Of a stretch of DNA of 64,000 nt, positions 10,310 to 19,531 are shown piece after piece. A program made the position numbers and the translations under genes. Within the stretch, counting starts at the first letter, position 1. Every line of letters begins with the position of its first letter. Under the pieces are notes generated by a model. That model saw only the letters and a program-made list of their open reading frames with translations, did not search any database and was not told the DNA's origin. Source of the DNA: a virus (lineage: Duplodnaviria; Caudoviricetes); the IMG/VR virus record IMGVR_UViG_3300025120_010521, one strand, 5' to 3'.

Positions 10310-11806
10310 TTAGACATTAAATTCAACTCCTTGTGCCAATGGCAAGTCTGTTGAGTAGTTTACAGTTACCGTACTTCTACGCATGTATTGTTTCCATGCA
10401 TCAGAACCACTTTCTCTTCCACCTCCAGTGTGTTTTTCACCACCAAAGGCACCGCCAATTTCAGCCCCACTAGGACCAATATTAACATTTACAATACCAC
10501 AATCAGATCCATTTGCTCCAATAAACAATTCCGCTTCTTGTAAATCTTTTGTAAAGATACAACTGCTTAAACCTTGTGGTACATTATTGTTAATTGCTAT
10601 TGCTTCTGCTAGTTCATCATATGGTATGATATAAAGCAAAGGTGCAAAAGTTTCTGTTTTTGTAATTTCTTCTGCTTTAGTTAATTCAACTATTGCTGGT
10701 GTTACATATACACCATCACGTTCTAATTTTGTTCCGCCAGTAACAGTTCCAATACCTTGTTGCTCACATTGTGCTATTGTTTCTTTCATATTTTCATATG
10801 CTTGTTCACTAACTAACGGTCCCACTAGTGTGTTGCTGTCTAAAGGATCGCCAACTGTAATTTTTGCATAATATTTTTTAAGAATTTTTACTAGCTGTTC
10901 ATGTATTGATCTATGCACAATAACTCTACGCAATGTTGTGCATCTTTGTCCTGCTGTTCCTACAGCACTAAACAGTATGCCTCTAATTGCTAATTTCATA
11001 TCTGCATTTGGTGTAACTATCATTGCATTGTTACCACCAAGTTCCATTAATACTCTGCCAAATCTTTCAGTAACTTGTTTACCTAGTGCTTGACCCATTT
11101 CTGTTGACCCTGTTAATGAAACAAGATTAATATGTTTGTCTTGTGCTAACCATTCTGCATGTTCGTTTTTACCTATAACAAGTTCTAATATATTTTGTGC
11201 TTGAGCTATACCAGAACGTTCTACTGCTTTTTTAAATATTGCCTCACAAGCAAAAGATACTAAAGGTGTTTTAGGCGATGGTTTCCAAATTGTTGTATTA
11301 CCGCAAACTGTTGCAATAGCAAAGTTCCAACTCCATACTGCTACAGGAAAATTAAATGCTGAAACTACTCCAACAACTCCTAACGGATTCCACATTTCTT
11401 GCATACGGTGACCAGGTCTTTCACTTGGCATTGTTAGTCCGTATAACTGTCTTGATAAACCAACTGCAAAATCACAGATATCAATCATTTCTTGAACTTC
11501 ACCTAAACCTTCTTGAAATATTTTACCATTTTCAATAGTAACTAATCTTCCAAGCTCATTTTTATACTTACGAAGTTCTTCTCCAAATAATCTAATTAAT
11601 TCACCTCTTTGCGGTGCAGGAACTGTTCTCCAATCAATTTGTGCTTGTTTAACATTAAGTACTTTTGCTTCATACTCTTGCCTAGTAGTATGTTTTACTG
11701 TGGCAATTTCAGTAGCATCGATTGGGGATACTACTGATTCACCATTTTGTACTGTATATAAATTTTGATCTACGCCTATAGATTCTAATATCTGTTTTGT
11801 GTTCAT
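10310..11806 (-). CDS. aldehyde dehydrogenase, family 7 (piperideine-6-carboxylate/aminoadipate-semialdehyde dehydrogenase-like)
   Basis: [47 protein letters not shown]. Confidence 0.92.
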   Translation of the reverse strand: MNTKQILESIGVDQNLYTVQNGESVVSPIDATEIATVKHTTRQEYEAKVLNVKQAQIDWRTVPAPQRGELIRLFGEELRKYKNELGRLVTIENGKIFQEGLGEVQEMIDICDFAVGLSRQLYGLTMPSERPGHRMQEMWNPLGVVGVVSAFNFPVAVWSWNFAIATVCGNTTIWKPSPKTPLVSFACEAIFKKAVERSGIAQAQNILELVIGKNEHAEWLAQDKHINLVSLTGSTEMGQALGKQVTERFGRVLMELGGNNAMIVTPNADMKLAIRGILFSAVGTAGQRCTTLRRVIVHRSIHEQLVKILKKYYAKITVGDPLDSNTLVGPLVSEQAYENMKETIAQCEQQGIGTVTGGTKLERDGVYVTPAIVELTKAEEITKTETFAPLLYIIPYDELAEAIAINNNVPQGLSSCIFTKDLQEAELFIGANGSDCGIVNVNIGPSGAEIGGAFGGEKHTGGGRESGSDAWKQYMRRSTVTVNYSTDLPLAQGVEFNV

Positions 11807-11809
11807 AAA

Positions 11810-12028
11810 TTATTTTTCAAAATATTTTTCAATAACTTCAAGTTGATCATGATATTGAGCAATTATCGCCAATTCTTTTTCAATTGCTTCAAGAATGTCT
11901 GGATGTTCTCCAATACCTGCTGAATTTTTAAGATACACTTCAACATTCATTGCATGTTTGGCAATATGTCCTTTTGCGTGTTCTTTAATTGCTTGTATCA
12001 TGTTCTCTCTATTGTACTCGTTTGCCAT
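11810..12028 (-). CDS. conserved small phage protein
   Basis: 72 aa, KHAMNVEVYL...GIGEHPDI; type of small protein I recall from marine T4-like phages. AGGAG SD. Confidence 0.75.
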   Translation of the reverse strand: MANEYNRENMIQAIKEHAKGHIAKHAMNVEVYLKNSAGIGEHPDILEAIEKELAIIAQYHDQLEVIEKYFEK

Positions 12029-12118
12029 TTGCTTTCTCCTATGTAATACTCTCTGTCATTACACCGGACTTGTAAACCCCTAAGGTGCTTACGCCAATGT
12101 CTTATTATACACTATTTA

Positions 12119-12427
12119 TTAGAAAATGCCAAGAGCTAATTTTGCCTCTTCACTCATCATTTCCTGTGAAAACGGAGGGTCAAATGTTGTTTCAATAAAA
12201 CATGAATCAACACCCTCAACAGTTTCGGCCGCATTTTTGATGTCTGCTACAATTTGGTCTGCCGCTGGACAAAAAGCCGATGTTAGTGTATGTGTAACTG
12301 CTACTTTAGGTAGTTCTGATATATCAATGTTATAAATTAGTCCAAGATCATATATATTAATAGATATTTCAGGATCATAACACTGTCTAAGATTTTCTAT
12401 AATTTTTTCTTTTATTGCTTCTGTCAT
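12119..12427 (-). CDS. sufT: DUF59 / SufT-like Fe-S assembly protein
   Basis: CYDPEISINIYDLGLIY, TLTSAFCP, FDPPFSQEMMSEEAKLALG. Confidence 0.88.
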   Translation of the reverse strand: MTEAIKEKIIENLRQCYDPEISINIYDLGLIYNIDISELPKVAVTHTLTSAFCPAADQIVADIKNAAETVEGVDSCFIETTFDPPFSQEMMSEEAKLALGIF

Positions 12428-12996
12428 ACTGCTTCAACTGTATGTACTTCGGGTATATAATGTTTTAACATATTTTCAATGCCCATCTTAAGTGTTGCTG
12501 TCGAACTTGGACATCCTGAACAAGCACCATACATTTCTAAATACACAGTTCCTTTATCAAAACTATGAAAAATAATATCGCCACCATCCATTGCTACTGC
12601 TGGTCTAACACGTTCATCAAGTAATTGTGTAATTCTTTTTGTAATTTTATCTGTACCTGCATCATTGTTGATTGTTTCACAAGCAGGTTTTGTTTCTTCA
12701 ATAATAAATGGTTTATCATGGTAGTTCTGAATTTCAGAAATTACTAATGATTTAAGATCTTCCCATTCAACTGTATCAAGTTTTCCTATAGTAATAAAAT
12801 CAGATCCAAAAAATACATCTTGAACTCCTTCAATTTTAAAAAGATTATATGCTAATGGTGATTCTTCTACCGGATTATCTTTAGGATCTTTTTTATAAAA
12901 TAACGGAGACTTAATCCCTCTTATTTCTCTACCTGGTAGAAATTTAAGTGCGTTTGGATTAGGTGTTGGCTCTGTTTGTATCATCATTGTCATCAT
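12424..12996 (-). CDS. nfuA: NfuA/NifU-type Fe-S carrier
   Basis: TEPTPNPNALKF Nfu_N domain and VRPAVAMDGGDI...GACSGCPSS (CxxC). Confidence 0.93.
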   Translation of the reverse strand: MMTMMIQTEPTPNPNALKFLPGREIRGIKSPLFYKKDPKDNPVEESPLAYNLFKIEGVQDVFFGSDFITIGKLDTVEWEDLKSLVISEIQNYHDKPFIIEETKPACETINNDAGTDKITKRITQLLDERVRPAVAMDGGDIIFHSFDKGTVYLEMYGACSGCPSSTATLKMGIENMLKHYIPEVHTVEAV

Positions 12997-13004
12997 ATAC
13001 CTTT

Positions 13005-13032
13005 ATTATAGCTTATTTAATATTTTTGTCAA
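13005..13032 (-). promoter_or_regulatory. sigma70-type promoter TTGACA-N16-TATAAT
   Basis: Consensus hexamers upstream of nfuA-sufT. Confidence 0.7.
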
Positions 13033-13035
13033 GTG

Positions 13036-14001
13036 CTACTTTAATTGAGATTCAAATTCTCTTAGACGTTTATATACACTAGCCAATTCAATAATTGTTG
13101 GCCATGCTTTTAAAAGATATTGCATTGAGCCTTCAACTCTTCCAAATGCTCTTATAATTTGTTGCATAACTCCAAGTGTTACTACACCTGCTACAATGGC
13201 TGGTGCTAAAAATACATAAGCAGACAATACGTTTGCTTGTAAGTATGCCATACGTCCTACATTAAAGTATAGATATCGTATATAACTTAAAAAATGAATA
13301 CTACGAACATCTGCAAATAGTTCATCGATTCTTTTTGGTCTTACATTACCATCATCTTCTGCGATAACTAATATTTTTCTATAGGCCGCTTCTTTCTTTT
13401 GTAAGTCATATTCTACGCCTACTAGTCTAAGTATCCATCCTAGTCCTATTAAGAATGCAGTACCACCAAGTGTCCAAACTAATGCACCAGTAATTAAACC
13501 GTATTGCCAATCACCAAAAAAGAAAATTGGTATACCAACTGATAAACCTAATAAGATAGGAACAAATTGAATTAGAACCATTACTGATTCAATAAAACTT
13601 GTGCCTAAGCCTTCCATAATTCTTGTAAACTTAATTGTGTCTTCTTGTACCCTTTGTGACGCACCTTCTATATTTCTTGCTTTATCATAAACACTATGAT
13701 ACCACTCTACCATTGCTGTACGCCATCTAAATAAAAAGTGTGCTGTAAAAAAACTAATTGCAACGTACAACGCAATATAAATTCCTGCTAGTGTAATAAA
13801 TGATAATAGACTTGCAAAATATTCTTCTATTGTAACTGCATTAGGAGTAGCAAGTGCTTTTTGTATCATGTCATAAAATACACCAAACCATTCATTTATT
13901 TTTACATCTATTTTAACTTGTACCCAAAGTGAAGAAAGAATGATTGCTGAGCCAAGCCATGCCCACAATAACCACTTTCTGATTGTAAAGAATTTAAACA
14001 T
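13036..14001 (-). CDS. sbmA: SbmA/BacA-family peptide uptake transporter
   Basis: VKINEWFGVFYDMIQKAL, FRWRTAM, IEGASQRVQEDT, QKKEAAYRK, RAFGRVEGSMQYL. Confidence 0.88.
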   Translation of the reverse strand: MFKFFTIRKWLLWAWLGSAIILSSLWVQVKIDVKINEWFGVFYDMIQKALATPNAVTIEEYFASLLSFITLAGIYIALYVAISFFTAHFLFRWRTAMVEWYHSVYDKARNIEGASQRVQEDTIKFTRIMEGLGTSFIESVMVLIQFVPILLGLSVGIPIFFFGDWQYGLITGALVWTLGGTAFLIGLGWILRLVGVEYDLQKKEAAYRKILVIAEDDGNVRPKRIDELFADVRSIHFLSYIRYLYFNVGRMAYLQANVLSAYVFLAPAIVAGVVTLGVMQQIIRAFGRVEGSMQYLLKAWPTIIELASVYKRLREFESQLK

Positions 14002-14004
14002 TGA

Positions 14005-14316
14005 TTAAACTTTTTCTATTGTGCAGTTTAAAGGATGTCCTTGTGACCTTGCCTGTGCTGTAGTTTCAATTGCTTTTTGCTCTGCAATTTCATGTGAGTA
14101 TGTACCTGCTATGCCTTTACCATCTTCATGTATTTTTAACATAACAGCTTCTGCATCTTGTGGTGATTTTCTAAAGATTGTTTTAAGGATTTCTGTAACA
14201 AAGTCCATAGGAGTATAATCGTCGTTTAGTAAGTACACATGGTATAAACTTGGTTCAGTAATTGTAGTTTGTGTACTTGTTGAAGCTTGTACGTTTGCAT
14301 TTCCTTGTTCTGTCAT
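14005..14316 (-). CDS. clpS: Clp protease adaptor (N-end rule)
   Basis: VYLLNDDYTPMDFV, VMLKIHEDGKG, EIAEQK, HPL. Confidence 0.95.
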   Translation of the reverse strand: MTEQGNANVQASTSTQTTITEPSLYHVYLLNDDYTPMDFVTEILKTIFRKSPQDAEAVMLKIHEDGKGIAGTYSHEIAEQKAIETTAQARSQGHPLNCTIEKV

Positions 14317-14327
14317 TACTTTTCCTT

Positions 14328-14897
14328 TTATTGTATATTTTTTTCTAATATTATAGCATCTGGCAAAATGTAAGGAATAAACTCTTGTCTATCTTCTCTT
14401 TGATTTCCAGTATGTGTTTCCATTTGTTCTTTGCCCTCATCTTCTTTTATTAAAGTGATTGGCATTGGTTGTCCTTTTCTCATCTCTTCCATTTTTGCAA
14501 CTTGTTCATGCATTTCTCTATTGTATTGTATAACATAAACACGTGGTTGTCTACCATTAATTGCATGTGCTACAATATCTACCCATGATTTTCCTTCTAC
14601 ACCTTTATTATTGTCAATTAACCAAAGATAAATTGCTCCGGAACCTGGCTTTTTTATTTCAGGTTCTTCAACATGAGACCCAATCATAATATATTTTTCA
14701 TTATCTGGCCATTGGTGATATGGATATCCATACATAGTTTTTAATCCAATCCATGCACTAAGAATTGAAAATAATATTATTGTTGTTAATAAAGCCTTTA
14801 AATACCATTTTGTACCAGTTGATGCAATAAAAATCCAAAGTACAGTTGCACCAATCATCATTAAAAGTAAAACTAAAAATACATGTCCTTGTATCAT
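14328..14897 (-). CDS. membrane protein (two N-terminal TMs plus soluble domain), third gene of the MotA/ExbB-like triad
   Basis: Two hydrophobic helices; tightly coupled to the two upstream genes. Confidence 0.65.
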   Translation of the reverse strand: MIQGHVFLVLLLMMIGATVLWIFIASTGTKWYLKALLTTIILFSILSAWIGLKTMYGYPYHQWPDNEKYIMIGSHVEEPEIKKPGSGAIYLWLIDNNKGVEGKSWVDIVAHAINGRQPRVYVIQYNREMHEQVAKMEEMRKGQPMPITLIKEDEGKEQMETHTGNQREDRQEFIPYILPDAIILEKNIQ

Positions 14898-14898
14898 T

Positions 14899-15579
14899 CT
14901 ATAATCCTCCAGGTGCCCATGAAACTCCAGAACTTGTTGATGATTCTTCTTCTACTCTTCCAACTATTCCATAAGTTAAAGTGTTGAAATTATCTACAGA
15001 CCCATCTTCGTTTACTGTAAATCTTACAACCGTTGTTTCTTCACCTTTTCTTCCTAAAAATACTTCTCTTGCATATACAACATTATATGGGTTTATTTTT
15101 TCAACTTGTACTTGAATTGGTAACGGCACATAATTTTTTTCACCTATTTGCTCTACAGCAATTTTTTTGTTATACCAATGTACATTAACAATATATTCTC
15201 CTGGTATAATACCTCTTATTGTAACCATTTCTTCATTACGATAAACTACAATTGGTTTACCTTTAGGATCATAAACTGTATCATTTGATGTACCTAAATC
15301 ATCTCTGTTTAAACTCATTAAACCAACATCTTTTGATTTGAACCCTACATAGTTACCTAGTGGATCTCTCATCCATAAGTCAACATCAGAAGGTGAATCT
15401 TCTGGCCAATGTATCTTAACAATAAATTCTGCAACTACTTCTACGTTTGATTTTTTTGCTACAGGATTAATTAAAATAAATGCCATTACAAATAAAAATA
15501 CGAATCCAACAAGTGTGTTAAATAACAAATCAATAAAAGCTACTTGTGAACCGTAACTACGATGACGATTGGTTGCCAT
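14899..15579 (-). CDS. ExbD/MotB-like single-TM protein with YfaP-like soluble domain
   Basis: AFIDLLF (intramembrane Asp) followed by a TM helix, then WPEDSPSDVDLW...RDDLG...PGEYIVNVHWY. Confidence 0.6.
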   Translation of the reverse strand: MATNRHRSYGSQVAFIDLLFNTLVGFVFLFVMAFILINPVAKKSNVEVVAEFIVKIHWPEDSPSDVDLWMRDPLGNYVGFKSKDVGLMSLNRDDLGTSNDTVYDPKGKPIVVYRNEEMVTIRGIIPGEYIVNVHWYNKKIAVEQIGEKNYVPLPIQVQVEKINPYNVVYAREVFLGRKGEETTVVRFTVNEDGSVDNFNTLTYGIVGRVEEESSTSSGVSWAPGGL

Positions 15580-15581
15580 TT

Positions 15582-16145
15582 TTAGTTACCTTTCTGCTCT
15601 ACAACTCGCTCAACTAATCTTTCTGCTTGTAATGTTCTGTAACGTTCAAGATCTTGATCTAATCTAAAGTATTGAACTTTAAGAATTGTACTTGTAATTA
15701 AACCAGTCAGTGTTGTATATAGTGCAGTGGACATGCCAACTGCCATACTTGCCAATGCAGTTTGTACTGATGAAACGTTTGCAATGTTAATTCCTGTGAA
15801 AGCGCCTGCCAACATAAGAATAAAACCTGCTACTGTTCCTATCAAACCAAGTGTTAATAATACATCTGATGCAAACCAACCTGGTTCGTGTCTTGTATCT
15901 AAATTTTCTAATTTGTGTAACTCGCCATTTGCAAGTTGACTTAACTTCCAACTTTCGTAACCACAATGTAATGTCATTGAATAAAAAATGAAAAGAATAA
16001 AGAAAGATAATTTAGTTTTGTCATTATTCCATAAGTCTTCGTGTACACCAAAACCAGCCAATACAACTGTTAGTGCTATTATAAGTGTAAAAAACCACCA
16101 CCATTTAAGGAAGATACTATGTTTTTTTAGTTTTGTAAGTGCCAT
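15582..16145 (-). CDS. MotA/TolQ/ExbB proton-channel family protein
   Basis: LGLIGTVAG and ALYTTLTGL signatures; four hydrophobic helices. Confidence 0.8.
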   Translation of the reverse strand: MALTKLKKHSIFLKWWWFFTLIIALTVVLAGFGVHEDLWNNDKTKLSFFILFIFYSMTLHCGYESWKLSQLANGELHKLENLDTRHEPGWFASDVLLTLGLIGTVAGFILMLAGAFTGINIANVSSVQTALASMAVGMSTALYTTLTGLITSTILKVQYFRLDQDLERYRTLQAERLVERVVEQKGN

Positions 16146-16187
16146 GAAATTGTTTCCTTAATATATAGTTATTTATCGTATTCAAAC

Positions 16188-16217
16188 GAAACCCCGGCTA
16201 TGTTTTGCCAGGGCTCC
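16188..16217 (-). terminator. GC-rich hairpin after hsp20 (putative intrinsic terminator)
   Basis: GAGCCCTGGC-AAAACATA-GCCGGGGTTTC followed by GTTTG; the U-tract is short. Confidence 0.6.
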
Positions 16218-16241
16218 GCATAAAGTATTATGTTTTTAAAG

Positions 16242-16682
16242 TTACTTAATATCAATAGTTTTTGGCTTTTTGCTTTCTGGAATAATTCTTTCCAGTGACA
16301 CACGAAGCAAACCATCTTTAAGTTCAGCACCTTTTACTTCTACATCATCTGCAATCGTAAATGCTTTTGTAAATTGTCTTTTAGAGATTCCTTTATGGAT
16401 AACTCCGTCAGTAGACTCTTTATCTTCATCAGATTTTACAGATTTAATAGTAAGTGTATTTTCAGCATACTCTACATTGATGTCTTTTTTGCCAAATCCA
16501 GCAAGTGCGACTTCTATATCGTAGGTATTATCACCTGTCCTTACAATATTGTAAGGTGGGTAATTTGTCATAGGTGCTGTGAAAACGTCTCCATCAAACA
16601 TTGATTCAAAATGATTGAAAACTTCATCAAACCCAATAGTTACAGGACGTAACTGATTAAAAATAGATAGATTTCTTGTCAT
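16242..16682 (-). CDS. small heat shock protein (Hsp20/IbpA family)
   Basis: NYPPYNIV, EVALAGF, IHKGISKRQF, AELKDGLL, KPKTIDIK; GGAGG SD. Confidence 0.95.
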   Translation of the reverse strand: MTRNLSIFNQLRPVTIGFDEVFNHFESMFDGDVFTAPMTNYPPYNIVRTGDNTYDIEVALAGFGKKDINVEYAENTLTIKSVKSDEDKESTDGVIHKGISKRQFTKAFTIADDVEVKGAELKDGLLRVSLERIIPESKKPKTIDIK

Positions 16683-16808
16683 AATAACTCCTCCTTTTAA
16701 GCAAGTTGTTTTAATGTAGATCCTATCAAAGCAATCTACATTTATATTTATACAGTTTACTGTATATATATTATATAAGCATGAATTTTAAAAAGTCAAG
16801 AGTCTAAT

Positions 16809-17051
16809 TTATTTTTTTTCTATTTTTTCTGAAAAAAGTTCAATTTTTTGGCCAGGTCCAACTTTACTAGGTAAATCACCATATGTTTCTGCATATTTTT
16901 TTATTACTTCTATATAGAATACAGTAGAATTATGGTGACATTTTTTATTAATTTCTGATAATCCATTATTTGTGCTATCAATGTGAGTTGCTAAAGCCCT
17001 TGCGGCCTCTTTTTGTAGTGTACGTAAATCTAATGTTTCTAAATCTATCAT
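16809..17051 (-). CDS. hypothetical protein
   Basis: 80-aa ORF in operon orientation. Confidence 0.65.
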   Translation of the reverse strand: MIDLETLDLRTLQKEAARALATHIDSTNNGLSEINKKCHHNSTVFYIEVIKKYAETYGDLPSKVGPGQKIELFSEKIEKK

Positions 17052-17052
17052 A

Positions 17053-17328
17053 TTATTTCTTTAACTTATTTAATACACGATCATTTGCTGATATTCTTGT
17101 TTTTATCATATATCCTTTTGCACCATTATATGGATTTTGCATATAAGATTCATTTACCCAATAATATTTAAAAAAAATCATATCTCCGTCATCAAGTTTT
17201 ACTGGATACCAGGCAAAACATTTTCTCCATCTTGAATTCCATTGTGGTAAATTCATTTTTTGCTTACCCCAATTTCCTAGATAGTTGACATCTATAATTT
17301 GTATGTTTCTTGATAACCACTGCAACAT
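17053..17328 (-). CDS. hypothetical protein (Trp-rich)
   Basis: 91-aa ORF with WRKCFAWYPV. Confidence 0.6.
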   Translation of the reverse strand: MLQWLSRNIQIIDVNYLGNWGKQKMNLPQWNSRWRKCFAWYPVKLDDGDMIFFKYYWVNESYMQNPYNGAKGYMIKTRISANDRVLNKLKK

Positions 17329-17353
17329 TTTTTTTCATACCTTTTAATCTTTG

Positions 17354-17430
17354 TGGCGGGAGTGAAGGGACTCGAACCCTCGGCCTTCCGCGTGACAGGC
17401 GGACGCTCTAACCAACTGAGCTACACCCCC
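17354..17430 (-). tRNA. trnD: tRNA-Asp(GTC)
   Basis: Cloverleaf: GGGGGTG/CACTCCC acceptor, TCCGC-CTGTCAC-GCGGA anticodon arm, TTCGA, CCA. Its 5' 10 nt overlap the end of sufD. Confidence 0.96.
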
Positions 17431-17996
17431 ATTAGAGGTTCTCCCATTCTATTCTTGATATCTTGATAAAATGCTTCAATCAAAATCTCAATGGCTTTTG
17501 ATTCAGGTATACCTCTACTTCTAAGATAAAATACCTGCTCTTGATCCAGTGGACCTGTTGTTGCACCATGTGAACATATTGTATCATCATTTTTGATATC
17601 TAGTTCTGGTTTTGAAAATGCAAAAGAATCATCATCTAATAATAAATTTTTATTCAACATATGACTTTCACATCCTGTTACACCTTTTGGAATGGTAATC
17701 TTTCCTTCAAAAGAACTTTCACAGTCCTTATTTACGAATCTAAAATCTTGATCACATTTAGACTTCTTGCCTTTGTGTGTTACTTTTGTAACGACCTTCG
17801 GATCTCTTCCTTCATTATGGAACAAGCCATACATTTCACAAGAAGCGTTCTCTTCTAAATCTATATTAATCTTTACATCAACACCAGCACGATCATGGAA
17901 AAATAATCTAGCGAATGAGTTTGGTTTCAAAGTGTAATTTAAAACTGCGTCCTTTTCTAAGTTTATAGTTTCTGTGTGAGTATTTTTTATTTCCAT
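17421..17996 (-). CDS. sufD: SufD-like Fe-S assembly protein (short, C-terminal part only)
   Basis: SKPELDIKNDDTICSHGATTGPLDQEQVFYLRSRGI; 191 aa. Confidence 0.85.
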   Translation of the reverse strand: MEIKNTHTETINLEKDAVLNYTLKPNSFARLFFHDRAGVDVKINIDLEENASCEMYGLFHNEGRDPKVVTKVTHKGKKSKCDQDFRFVNKDCESSFEGKITIPKGVTGCESHMLNKNLLLDDDSFAFSKPELDIKNDDTICSHGATTGPLDQEQVFYLRSRGIPESKAIEILIEAFYQDIKNRMGEPLMGV

Positions 17997-19444
17997 TATC
18001 CCACAGAACCTTCCATGCTAACTTCTAATAATTTGTTGGCTTCGACAGCAAACTCCATAGGAAGTTTTTGGAATACTTCTTTACAAAATCCTGATACTAG
18101 TAAGTTGGTTGCATCTTCTTCGTTTAAACCTCTTGCTCTCATGTAGAATAATTGATCTTCATCTATCTTAGATGTTGTGGCTTCGTGATTACAAGTACTC
18201 TTTCTTGTTTTACTATCAATGTAAGGAATAGTTATAGCAGAACATTCATTGCCCATCATTAAAGAATCACAGGCAGTAAAGTTTTTGGCTCCTGTGGCAC
18301 GTTTACCAATTTGAACTAATCCTCTGTAAGTGTTAGTGGATTTACCTGCTGAAATACCCTTTGAGATTATTGTGCTTTTGGTATTTTTTCCTATGTGTAT
18401 CATTTTAGTGCCTGTGTCTGCCATTTGATATCCATTTGTTAATGCAACTGAAAAGAATTCTCCAACAGAGTTATCTCCTTTTAGTATACATGAAGGATAC
18501 TTCCATGTCAATCTACTTCCTGTTTCAAACTGTGTCCAAGTTATACGAGAGTTTTCTCCTTTACACAAACCTCTTTTAGTTACAAAATTATAAATACCAC
18601 CTTTGCCTGTTTCAGGATCTCCTGGATACCAATTTTGTATTGTTGAATATTTTATTTCTGCATCTTTCATAGCAATTAATTCTACGTTGGCCGCATGTAA
18701 TTGATTTTCGTCACGCATTGGTGCTGTACAGCCTTCTAAATAACTTACATAACTACCTTCATCAGCAACAATCAGTGTTCTTTCGAACTGTCCTGTGTTT
18801 GAAGCATTTATTCTAAAGTATGTTGATAGTTCCATTGGACATCTTGTGTTCTTAGGAATGTAACAAAATGTACCATCTGAAAATACTGCTGAATTAAGTG
18901 TAGCAAAATAATTATCTGAACGTGGAATAACTGTGCCTAAATATTTTTTAACAAGGTCAGGATATTTTTCTACTGCTTCACCAAATGAACAAAATATAAT
19001 TCCTTTTTCTAATAATTCTTTATGATACGTTGTTGCTACAGATACAGAATCAAATACAGCATCTACTGCCACTCCTGCCAATGCCGCTTGTTCTGATGTA
19101 GGAATACCTAACTTTTCAAATGTAGCAAGTACTTCAGGATCAACTTCATCCATTGACTCTAGTTTTGGTTTTGGTTTAGAATAATAACTTAATCCCTGAT
19201 AATCTATAGGATCAATTTCAAGTGTTGACCAATCTGGTTCTTTCATTTCTGTCCAACGTTTATATGCTTTTAACCTATAGTCCAACAACCATTCCGGCTC
19301 TTTTTTCATTTTTGAAAGTCTTGTAACTATTTCTTCGTTGAGACCTGGTTCAAATGTTTCACTTTCCACATTGGTAACGAATCCAGCACTATATTCTTTA
19401 GATAAGTTATCTTCAATTTTTTTTCTATCTTTTACTTTTGGCAT
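17996..19444 (-). CDS. sufB: Fe-S cluster assembly protein SufB
   Basis: [51 protein letters not shown]. The true start is MPKVK at 19444; the track's 24-aa extension is read through tRNA-Val. Confidence 0.96.
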   Translation of the reverse strand: MPKVKDRKKIEDNLSKEYSAGFVTNVESETFEPGLNEEIVTRLSKMKKEPEWLLDYRLKAYKRWTEMKEPDWSTLEIDPIDYQGLSYYSKPKPKLESMDEVDPEVLATFEKLGIPTSEQAALAGVAVDAVFDSVSVATTYHKELLEKGIIFCSFGEAVEKYPDLVKKYLGTVIPRSDNYFATLNSAVFSDGTFCYIPKNTRCPMELSTYFRINASNTGQFERTLIVADEGSYVSYLEGCTAPMRDENQLHAANVELIAMKDAEIKYSTIQNWYPGDPETGKGGIYNFVTKRGLCKGENSRITWTQFETGSRLTWKYPSCILKGDNSVGEFFSVALTNGYQMADTGTKMIHIGKNTKSTIISKGISAGKSTNTYRGLVQIGKRATGAKNFTACDSLMMGNECSAITIPYIDSKTRKSTCNHEATTSKIDEDQLFYMRARGLNEEDATNLLVSGFCKEVFQKLPMEFAVEANKLLEVSMEGSVG

Positions 19445-19455
19445 ACTACTATTTA

Positions 19456-19531
19456 TGGTGGGTAATACAGGACTCGAACCTATGACCCTCTCGGTGTAAA
19501 CGAGATGCTCTACCAACTGAGCTAATCACCC
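19456..19531 (-). tRNA. trnV: tRNA-Val(TAC)
   Basis: Cloverleaf: GGGTGAT/ATTACCC acceptor, TCTCG-TTTACAC-CGAGA anticodon arm, TTCGA, CCA. Its 5' 10 nt overlap the end of speD. Confidence 0.96.

Noticed and set aside
14899-16145. Calling the motor pair Zorya ZorAB
   Set aside because: There is no long ZorA tail, no OmpA-like domain and no zorC/D/E nearby.
19445-19516. 24-aa N-terminal extension of SufB in the ORF track ([20 protein letters not shown]...)
   Set aside because: It is a translation of tRNA-Val; the SufB-like sequence starts at ATG 19444.
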